Source of the DNA: Paraspadella gotoi | Taxonomy: Eukaryota > Animalia > Chaetognatha | Direction: 5' to 3' | Length of the DNA: 64,000 nucleotides | Assembly: GCA_051294375.1 (NCBI GenBank) | Contig: CM119264.1 | Span: 22,448,709 to 22,512,708, forward strand | Position numbers and translations under genes: made by a program | In this document: piece after piece, positions 12,301 to 22,203 of the stretch | Layout of the letters: the number at the start of each line of letters is the position of its first letter | Position numbering within the stretch: position 1 is the first letter of the stretch | The notes under the pieces: generated by a model | Database searches by the model: none | What the model was told of the DNA's origin: nothing | The model's input: only the letters and a program-made list of their open reading frames with translations

Positions 12301-15300
12301 GCGTTCGAGAGTCGCGTCGACCAACACGAGTAGGCGGTCCAGAAGCAAGAGGGTCGATGGTTCAATCAGGTCTAGCTCTGGTGATAGTTCACGTGAATCA
12401 AGTAAGAGCTTTAGGTCGGTCCAGTCCTTGAAGGAAGAGTTGGCAGCAGCAGAGGCTGAACAAGGAAAATAGAGACAGAGTTAAATATTAAGAATATTAG
12501 AGATAGAACAGAAAGAGAAGCAAGAGAGGTTCAGGAGAAGGCCCAGAAAGAGGCCCAGAGAGAGGGAAGAGAATCAATTAATTAATCAAGCAATTACTGT
12601 TACATCAATAATGAATTATTATTACATCAATAATGAATTATTATTACATTATTTATCAATTACTATTACATTACTATAACATTAATAATTCGTTATCGCA
12701 TCAATCATTGTAAAACAATTTAGTGATTTACTTAACCCCTGAAATTATATAATTTTTTTCCATCTATATAATTTTTTTTTTTTATTAAGAGGATTTGTCT
12801 CTTATTTTCTATAAGCATTTTCCCTTTATTTTCTATAGAAATTTGCTCTTCTCTTTGCACCCACTAGATCTTTACTTGCATTGCTTTATACAAAATAACA
12901 AATTTTTATATGTTTTAGTTTTATTAAACAAGAGCATTGTATTGATCAATGCATTTTAATCAGATAAAATATATCAAGTAGCAAGTAGCAAAATGTTATT
13001 AGTGCCGCAGTTGATTTACATATATTGGCGCAGCCACTGGTTCGTTTTTTTTTCCGGATTTTTTTATTAATTTTCGTTGATAGTAACGTCTGGCTAGATC
13101 TCTATACTTTTAATATTCTTTATCCCAAAACAACCTCTTTCATCAAATCTAAAGTAAGTGCTCTAGATATGTTTTCTAGAAAAAAGAGTGGGTGACAGGC
13201 CTCTTTGTTTAGATTGTCTCCTACCCTATTAATTCTGTTATGTATAGCTAATGTAAAAGCTATGCAATAAAGTGATGGAGATTTAGTGGCGTAACAATGT
13301 TTTTTTCTTATTTTGCTTTTGGCAGTATATATTGCTCGGCAATGCAGATATTTAAATTATTCTATTTTGAAAAATATGAAAACAAGTTTGAGCAAACAAG
13401 GTCGGATCTGCCTATGAGAATCAAGCGGTAAAAAGCTTATCCGATGAAAAATCATGATAGTTCTTTATGACTTTTAATTTGTGATCTTAACAGATGATAA
13501 CTAATCATAAAATTATAAGTAAGATGCCTAATTATATGAATGGATTCTTTTTATAATGGCTTCTCAAAATTGATAATAGAAACTATTATTAATCTTGAAC
13601 AAATTCTTTAACTTGTGCCAAATATTCAAAGATATAATTAAATTGAAGTTTAATTTTTTCTGATACATAGCTTTTAAAGAAGCTTAACCTTGTGTTAAAT
13701 AATAATATTAATGTTAATTTGCGATTCACGATTACTTAATATAAGGAAAATGGTACAGAAGCCAGCAAGAAAGTGATAGTGATATTAAATATGTAAAACA
13801 TCGGTTTAGGGATATTGGTGCCGGAGGCAAGTCATTCGCCTCCCAACCCAAAGGTCCGGGGTTCTAGCCCGGTGGTCGTCTGGCAGTTAAGAGGGACTGG
13901 GCGCTAAACCCACCTGTAACACGGTGTTACAGCCTGATTCAAAGCTCAAGGACTGCTTATATTGAACGGTTCTGTCACTAACGCATAACAATAGTAACTG
14001 TCTCTTCAATATTAAGCATTGTAAAAATGATATGATATATATGATTTTAATTTTTGCTTCAACAATTTAATGTTTCACATTAAAAAATTAAGTAATTTAA
14101 AAAAAAAACAAAAAATCTACTTTTTATTGGGTTTCATTGGTTTTTTTTAGTTGGTTTTTTTGGGTGTTTTTTTTTAATGCCAACCCTGAAGGGGGACGGA
14201 CGGACAGACGTACGGACGGAATTTTTTTTTTTTTTTTGGTATAATTTATCATAACTCGATATTCTGATATATAATGATTTACCAACAATATTTCGGGGTA
14301 GGACCGATGGATTATAGAGTTTGAATCTGCGATATGCAGATCTGACTAAAAATTGTTTTTGCTATAGTTAAAACTAAAACTACCGTCAAACTTATGAAAA
14401 TGATCTTTAATTAAACTTTTATTAAAATGTTTGGTTATATTTTGAAAACATAAATTTTTATATTTTTAAATGAAAGATCGTCATTTTTCTGAAGTTTATA
14501 TAAACTTGCGATATATATATACATAACAATTTTCAGTCAGTGATAAGAATACTGCTAAAAAAGAATTTTGTGAGTATTTCTAGTGAGACTTATTCATTTG
14601 ATAAGCAAAATGAATGTCCCTACTTTACTTTTTTTATCTACTTTGGTCAGTTTTGTAGATGTCCTAACAGATTTTCAAACCACTATTATTTTTTTTAATA
14701 AAACGTTTTATGTTGAGGAATTCATCGGGATTTCCATGATGATTATTTTGGCAATACATGGAAGTATTTCTTGTCTTTACATAAGCTATTATTTACAAAA
14801 ATGTCATGATCAATACAAGCGAATATACAGCAGTCCTTTGCGAAAAAATTATAACCCTGATTTCTTTTCTTTTTGGATTGGGAAATGTTATATTGGCTAT
14901 GGATTCTTATTTGGATGAAAGAGTTCGACCCTAAATCACCTTCTTTTGCTTTGAAATCCAAACTAGTTTGTTCTGTTAATTTAATACATATACTGCTCGA
15001 ATCTTTTCCTCAAATTATTCTTCACTTTTTAGCTCTGATTCTTTCTTTTACCTCCGGACAAGTACTCAGTGTATTTTAAGCGAATTAGTTTATTATGACG
15101 GACTTAGAAATAATGGTACAGTTTATAAAATCAACGAAAACAACCAGCTCATTCCACTCCATAAACCATGCTATTGTCTCTATAGTTTTAAAACCTATAT
15201 ATCGACTTGTGAATGGGATTTGGATCAGGGCCAACTTATTATATCTTTTTCATTCTCTGTAGTTGGTCTTGCGTTAGCTTCCACAAAGTTTCGTGAAACA

Positions 15301-18300
15301 GGCTATGCCTTAACATTTTTAGGTACCTTTCAGGGTATTATTGGCATTCTATACTTTTTTTACGTGATTTCTTCGAAAATAGTCAATGTCACTATCGCAT
15401 TTGGATTGATTTCTCCATTGGTAGGGTATTGCACAAAAATTGTAAAAATACTGATTTTTTTCATTCGATGGTTTTAAACCTTATATTAGGCCTAACGAAG
15501 TGTGCTTTAATCGTTAATTCAAAGTTTGACTTTTAAATATTTGATTTACGCCAACTGATTTACGTCAATTTGGAGTAACGTTTCTGCCTCCTTACTACTG
15601 TCAAGGATATTCAACCAAAATTTTGAAAAAACGTTTTTTTCTAATTAAGAATACATTGTAGTATTGGATTCAGATTTGATTTCTTTTTTTTTACGTGTTG
15701 TTGGCGCTGGTGGCGTAAAAACTACGCCAAAACGTATTATTTCCTAATTACATATGTGGCGTTAATGATTTTTCCAAAAAAAATTTTAAAATATATCAAA
15801 TTAAATAATTGTAAATGTTTATATTTAAATTTGGAAAAGAATTGTGGCGTAAAATGGCGTGAAATGAAGGTAAAACCGTTTAATATGATATCATGATGTG
15901 GCGTAAAGACTTTCTGATTATTTTCTAGTAAAAGCTATTCAGATAAGTGGTTTTAAAGATTTATCCGGCCTTTTTATACAGATGTGGCGTAGAATGGCGT
16001 AAACTGAACAAAAAACCATATAAATATTAATTAATTCTGTGGCGTAAAAACTTTTTGTTTATTTTTTAGTAAAAACTACTCAGTTGAGTTGTTTTAAATA
16101 TTTTCCGGCCTTTTTTATACAGGTTTGGCATAGAATGGCGTAAAATGAACAGAAAACCGTATTAATAGCATTTAATTTTGTGGCATAAAAACTTTTTCAT
16201 TTTCGAAATAAAACTATTAAGTTAATATGCTTTGGCGTAGAATGGCGTAAATTGACGTAAAACTGCGCCACTTTATCCCCTCATCTCTTTCCCTTTCCTC
16301 CCTTTTCTTTTCTCTTTTATTTTTATACAATCTCCGATTCTAAAGAGATTATTTTTCGGTTTTAATTCTTTGAACTCAAAGAAAAAATGAATACCGAAAA
16401 TAAATTTCAAATCATAGATAAAAAGAAACAAAGATATACCACGTAAAAGTCAGTGGACCAATTTTATTAAAAGTATCAGAAATTGTGGATCAACAATGGT
16501 CCTTGAGGTTTATATTTGAACTTAATTAAAAAAAAGACTATGAATAAAGATATTACCCATTATAAGAATTATAGGTATCATGTATATTTAGCAAAGGAGG
16601 AATTGTTGTAGGCAGAAAAAAGGCATGATAAATCTTAAGATCATAATAAATATATTATATCAGTTTCATACATATTGATGATTCATAGGCCTTAATATAC
16701 AATAGGAAAGATGATATAAAATGACTATCGCCAGAACTGCTGCTGGCGCATTTTTGCGCATCATTTTTGGGAATCAATAATGATCAATATGTTGAGAGAA
16801 AACCCATTTGCATCTCCTGTAACCAGAGGTTTTGCGAGGAAAGCCTAGTTTTTGCGCTACAATAAAAAGAAATATTGCTTTTTGTACTATTCCAATATTT
16901 TTCTTATTTGAAAGATTCTTTTTCGGTTTTTAGTTAAACTTAACCTTACAGTATCTAGATTTAAAAAATAAAATTTTTCTTTTTAGTATTTTCCATACAG
17001 TAACTATTTCAAAAGGCCTTGTTTTTTGGAATCAAATTCCCTATTATTTTTCGGCGATAGAAAAATAAAAATTTCGTCGAATACTGCTAATCCCTACCAT
17101 TGGTAGTTTTCCGAATATTTACGTTAACGGAGCTAAAAAAAATTTTATCTGGAAAAAAATTTTCTCCTTCATATTCGTCTGGGATGCCAAAACTTTTGTC
17201 CCTTGAATTTTTGTTTATGATGTTTTGGAACTTGTTAATCACTTCTGTTTTAAGCAACATTGACAAGCACATTATGCTCGGTACTCACTTATCGAAAAAT
17301 AGAAGCAATTTATTTGGTTTGGCATCTTTAGCGATAATAGATTATACTCCTAAATTAAGAGGTAAGGATAGAATTTTTTTAGGTTTTGTATTACTGGTCA
17401 GAGTGTACGGCCCTGTAATAATTTTATTCATATCGATACACATAGTATAGCAATATGTAAATATTTTGAAACACTTTTGATACAATTAAAACTTCCATTA
17501 TCCATTATTTTTATATAATATTATATTAATAATAAAAAATAAACATAATATATATATAACTTATTTACAATTCATTCTCAGTGTGGAAGGACTCAAAAAA
17601 AGAAAATATGCTTCGATACTGCACGATGAATACTTCTATGTATAATAACGGAATTATTGATAATGAAAGGTGGTCCAAACTACGATTCAAAGATTATGTT
17701 CCCATAAATTATTGCAAAGGACGGAGTCTTAAAATAAAGTATGATATGAGAATTGGAAACTACAAGATTCTTAAACCGACTTATTCTTTCCTAATACTAT
17801 TTCTACTATTTGACATATGCTTAGGGTGTGTTTATGCTTTCATCCATATATTATTAAAAAAACAATATATTGAGTTTTTGCGCTTTTTGTCAATTGTTCT
17901 GTCCCCAATGCTAATAGTTTTTTACTGTGTTTATCGCGTTATTATCCAACATAACTTAGATTTTTCTGTAAAATTATGCAATATGTGTATCAGAGTAAAT
18001 GAATCTCATTTAACTGTTTTAGAATCGAAATTAAGTCTTTATGAAAGCTTCAGATTTATTTCAAATTATTCTCTTAATTTTCTTTGTTCTTTTTTTGTAT
18101 TTCTATTTTTTACAGCCATTAATGGAAAAATGTTCCATGCTAGTAGGAAATTAAAGAAGATTTATTACTTACATATGTTTATAGCTATTATACTATTGAT
18201 TTCTATTCCTTGTTTTATATCGCATCGAAATAAGTTTCAAAAATCTACATTTTTGGATGCGATATATATATCAACTGAACGAGTTCATCTTCTTGAACAC

Positions 18301-21300
18301 ATTTTCGCGATGCAAGTATTTTTATTTTTTACGAGTAATGAAATTTTTTCGGTATTTGAAGCGTGCGCCCTGATTCCAATCACTGCTTTTTCTTTTTGGC
18401 ACCATTAAAAAGGAAAAGATGCAAAATTTTATTTAAACTTGTTGGGCTACTTGTTATTCCCCTCGTTAGCTTTTATACCAATGTTTTCAAGTAATTGTCC
18501 AAAAATGAAAAAAATACAATTTCTTAAGTTAGGTCTCCATGTCTTAAATTATGATCGTCAATATTCACCTGTCGACGTCAATCAACTTTTGAATTCTGAT
18601 CGTGCCCTGTCGTCCCCAACTTTTTTATGTATTAATAATTTGCGCAGGAATTTCTCTTTTTACGCCTATGAAAGTTTAAATAAAAGTATCTTTGAAAAAA
18701 CTTTCAAGGACTTTCATTCATGTATCAATAATGAATTTACAACTAGTTTTCGAATTATCAACATATTATTATTGATTGTTCCAATAGTGACTTATTTTTT
18801 TCTATTCACGAATTTCTGAAATTGAGGCCTAATTTAAGATTTTATTTTTGAGCCGGATCTTTTTAGCAGATCTCGGCTCAATAATTCACTTTGTCGGTCC
18901 GTCGGTCCCACCCCAAAAGCTTGTCGGTAAGTGACTTAAATCATGTCAGAACATCGAATTATGATAAATTATGCCCAAAAAAATGTCCGTCCGTTCGTCT
19001 GTCTGTCCGTCCGTCCGTCCATCTGTCCGCCCCCTTAGCTTTTAACGCTAATTACTCGTGAGTATATGGGGCGATTGACTTAAAATTTTGTATGTGGGTA
19101 GGAAAGTGTGTGATTTAGCTGGAAATCACGTTTCGATGTAATCGTCCAAGTGGAAATGAGTTTAACTGGAAAAAAATCTTTCACTAATTGATTGATTTTT
19201 TTTATATTGAATGTCAATGCAAGATATATTAATTATCAAATAATTAATAAGTTAATCAAAAAATTAATCAATAATTAATTAATTAAGCAATCAATAAATA
19301 AATTATTTAATCAATATATTTATCAATTAATTATTAACTCAATCAATCGAGTCAATCGTATTCGGCATTCGCCATCATCGTCGTTGCTTTTGTCGTGGTC
19401 AGGTACGAAAAGACCTAAAGACAAGCATGTCGGATCAAATTAATTAATTAATTAATTTGAATTAATTAATTACCGCTCATGAACGTGAGCAGATCCGTCA
19501 TTGTTTGCTCAAATTTGTTTAATTATGATTTGATAGCTTAGATTTACAAATTTTAAATGAGTTTTGAAAAAAGGTAGCAGTCAATGCTGATTAGATTTCA
19601 AAATTAAAATGAAACAAAGTCGATAAATATTAGGATTTTATCAATTATGAACCTTGTCAATGGCACCATGTACATTGTACAGTATTTCCTTAATAAATTG
19701 TGATGAATAAACGTAATTATTTTAATGTAAATTGTGTGAATTAATTTAATTAACGAGCAAAATTTCACATTTAAACGTTATTATAGAACTAAACTTACAA
19801 AAAAGCCAGAAGTTTTTTTAATATATTCTTATACCGGCCAATATAGTTAATGTAATAATCCGACCGTGAATATATAAAATATTTAAGATATTAACTAAAA
19901 TCTTTTCGCCACAGAAGATTTTCGCCGAATCTGATCAGCGGCTGGACTTCTTTCTCTCTCCCTCTCTGTTTTTATTTTTTTTTTAAAGTTATCAGGATCG
20001 AACTCGTGACGTTAAGCATAAAAGTCGCGCATGTTATCATGTTACCATTGCAAAACCGCTTTTTATTTCGCTTTTTCTCTTCCCCTCATTTTTTATCATT
20101 TTCTATCTCTTTATCTCTCCCACATTTATTCATTCAATTTATTTAATAAAATTAAGTTAATTAAATTCGTTCAATTTAAGTATTTCATTCTTACTTTTAA
20201 ATTTTTTTGCTCAATGGAATTTATTTATCTAAATTCTTTCATTTAATAATTAAATAAATAAAAATTTAATTCATTCATTCAATTAATTTCATTTATTTAA
20301 TTAATTTCATTCCAATTCACTTTATTCAAATCATATCATTCTATTCATTTCATTCAATTATTTTTTTATATATTTTATATTTTATATATATTTTATATTT
20401 TATATTTTATATATATTTTATATATTTTATTTCATTTCGTTTTATTGAATCATTCCATTTTTGGATTTTCAATGCGTTTTAAATTCGTTTATAAATTGTT
20501 ATAAACTTGACCCTTTTTAATGCCTCGTCGTCTGCATTTAATGTAAATAAACTTTTAAAAACATGAATTCTCAATCGTCGGCTCCAAAAGTCAGACAAAT
20601 GGACAATACGTCCGAGGCAACTTAAACAATAATACTAGTTTATTACCTGATATGTCTGTTTTAGTGTAAGTTACCAAAATGCCTTAGTAAAAATAAGTGG
20701 TTTTGCGTTGAGTCTCAACAATTTTGAATTTTCTTTTAAAGCTACGTATTATATTCTATTTTACTTCTTTATTTTTAACGTACTATAATTTTGTAAAATT
20801 TTTACCCCAAACAGGTGAGAAATTGACAACATCTCCTCAAATGATCCAACTCTCACTTGACGGAAAGAGGATGTACGTAACAACGTCACTCTTCAGTCCC
20901 TGGGATAAGCAGTTCTATCCCCAAATGGCAAAGAGAGGATGTAAGTACCGAAAAATACTTACTGTTCTATTCATCTACTCATCTCATTGGTGAGAAATTA
21001 AGTATGTATTGTATCGTATATCAAGTAATTCGTTTTTACCCTTACACTGAATGAATAATTTTCTTTCAAAAATGTTCCCCCAGTTCACTGCATAAATAAT
21101 AAGTCAATTCTTTATTGAATTCATTTTCCTTTCAGTCCCTCTTATATCTAAGTCAAAACTAATCTTACTTCGCAAGTTTTTGAAACCCACATCTCCCTGA
21201 ACTCAAATATTCATTTCTTGCTCCCAATCACGACAGCGCACTTATTCCAAATTGACGTCGATACGGATGTCGGGGGCCTTCGACTTAACCCAAAGTTGAT

Positions 21301-21409
21301 CGTTGACTTTGGCCGCATCCCCGATCGTGGCCCTTATTTGGCTCATGAAGTTCGCTACCCTGGAGGAGACTGCACCTCCGACATCTGGCTTCATCAGGAA
21401 GCTATCTGA
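9352..21409 (+). CDS. SELENBP1: Selenium-binding protein 1 / methanethiol oxidase (SBP56 family), 9 exons, 486 aa
   Basis: Spliced by hand: join(9352..9538,9636..9820,10315..10495,10901..11085,11240..11386,11883..12034,12117..12241,20815..20940,21237..21409) = 1461 nt. All introns are GT-AG with consistent phases, and there are no internal stops. Family motifs: [102 protein letters not shown]. Confidence 0.96.
9839..10005 (-). mobile_element. tRNA-derived SINE, inverted copy in SELENBP1 intron 2
   Basis: Reverse complement of 13814-14010 (e.g. GTGACAGAACCGTTCAATATAAGCAGTCC, GGGCTAGAACCCCGGACCTTTGGG). It lacks an internal segment of about 30 bp. Confidence 0.7.
13814..14010 (+). mobile_element. 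tRNA-derived SINE (tRNA-Gly-like head), copy in SELENBP1 intron 7
   Basis: A-box-like TGGTGCCGGAGG, then ATTCGCCTCCCA (resembles the tRNA-Gly-CCC anticodon arm), then B-box GGTTCTAGCCC. A closely similar reverse-complement copy lies at 9839-10005. Confidence 0.7.
14120..14188. mobile_element. Solo hAT-like right terminus
   Basis: GGTTTT-rich subterminal motifs ending in AATGCCAACCCTG (TIR CAGGGTTGGC on the other strand). It abuts the truncation point of the HINE-like copy at 14191. No partner TIR was seen. Confidence 0.4.
14191..14352 (-). mobile_element. Truncated inverted copy of the same HINE-like element (5' head and GTCY tract)
   Basis: The reverse complement aligns with 18845-19034: TTTTTAGTCAGATCT..GCAGAT, TCGGTCCTACCCC, CAGAATATCGAGTTATGATAAATTAT, (GTCC)n, CCCCC. 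Confidence 0.6.
14610..18819 (+). pseudogene. XK-related (Xkr scramblase-like) multi-pass membrane gene nested in SELENBP1 intron 7; disrupted as assembled (pseudogene or sequence errors)
   Basis: Hydrophobic ORF segments carry XK-like motifs in the expected order: FVDVLTDF (ORF from ATG 14610), [12 protein letters not shown] (14848-14919), [11 protein letters not shown] (about 14993-15025; compare XK ESxPQ) and [20 protein letters not shown] (about 15232-15291). Joining them needs single-base shifts in A-runs at about 14847, 14920 and 15060. There is a probable donor at 15421, further hydrophobic segments at about 17000-17450, and a 17582-18819 frame broken by one in-frame TAA (18406-18408). 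Membership of the 3' part in the same gene is inferred. Confidence 0.6.
15489..16691. mobile_element. Possible PIF/Harbinger-like MITE containing an internal ~140-bp tandem repeat
   Basis: TTA flanks both ends (15486-15488 and 16692-16694). Short TIRs GGCCTAACGAA and GGCCTATGAA. About 3 units of ~140 bp rich in TGGCGTA lie at 15843-16270. Confidence 0.4.
18845..19519 (+). mobile_element. DINE-1/HINE-like non-autonomous Helentron-type element
   Basis: T-run start, then a 5' short inverted repeat (GAGCCGGATCT...AGATCTCGGCTC) and a (GTCY)n microsatellite at 18985-19030. The 3' end candidate is CCGCTC plus a hairpin (GAGCAGA...TTTGCTC) ending TTGTTT. An alternative 3' end at 20578-20638 reads TCGGCTC, GGAC...GTCC hairpin, CTAG|T. 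Confidence 0.6.
19995..20050 (-). mobile_element. tRNA-like (SINE head) fragment
   Basis: On the minus strand: TGGTAACATGA...GACTTTTA...GAGTTCGATCC, with A/B-box-like spacing. No full cloverleaf. Confidence 0.3.
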
Positions 21410-21601
21410 CAGATCAAAAAAATCGCAGAATTAAGTTGACAGTATATGCTTGTGCTTTTGTTATTGTTTCTGCTTGTTGGCTGCCGGAGTCCCGACATTT
21501 ATGCAAGCCCGATCACATTCTTGTTAGGGAGCGAAGATCTGATGAGCATTCTAATTCTTTGTCTCGCAAACTAAGATGGTGTTCTTTTCAAAAGCTTTAA
21601 A

Positions 21602-21607
21602 AATAAA
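21602..21607 (+). terminator. Candidate polyadenylation signal of SELENBP1
   Basis: AATAAA about 190 nt after the TGA at 21409. Confidence 0.5.
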
Positions 21608-21625
21608 TTTTTAAGAGCGCAAGCT

Positions 21626-21631
21626 TTTATT
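21626..21631 (-). terminator. Candidate polyadenylation signal of the minus-strand membrane protein gene
   Basis: TTTATT on + (AATAAA on -), about 570 nt past its stop at 22204. Confidence 0.4.
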
Positions 21632-22203
21632 AATATTAAAATGGCTAAAACGAATAACAACAAAATACATTACAAAATTAGCAACGAATACTGATTTAAT
21701 AGTCACAGAAAAAAATGCCATAATAGTAGAATTGCGAAATTTGGTAGCTCCAAATGCAAAATTGTTCAGCAAATATGCACGTTATATAATTTTAAACACT
21801 GCATCGATTTGGTGACGCTAAATGCACTATTTTTTGTAAAAAAACGTTTAGGGAGAGAGGAGCTTCTTAAAGCAAGTCAAGAAATGTTTTGCCTTTCTCT
21901 GCTGTTTTTATCTCTCGGAATCTTAAAATTTCCCATTTTGCATGTTGTCTAAAAAAAGCAATATACGTAACTTTGTTTTAAATGAGGCAATTTGCTACCA
22001 ATAAAAGGTTACGCCAAACAAAATACTCTTTATAAAGCTATAAATAGCTTTTTTATGGTTTACAGCATTTACGGTATTACTATGGGGTCAGTTTAAGGCC
22101 CTGAGTGCATTAAAGTTTTTTTGTCAATCCTAATCGTTTTTGCGCGCGTGGCATCTTCCATTCAAGACGAGATCTCACGTTACCATTTACCATTTTCGTC
22201 GCC

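Noticed and set aside
13814-13880. Functional tRNA-Gly gene
   Set aside because: The acceptor and anticodon stems do not pair properly, and it is attached to a repeated non-tRNA body, so it is a SINE head.
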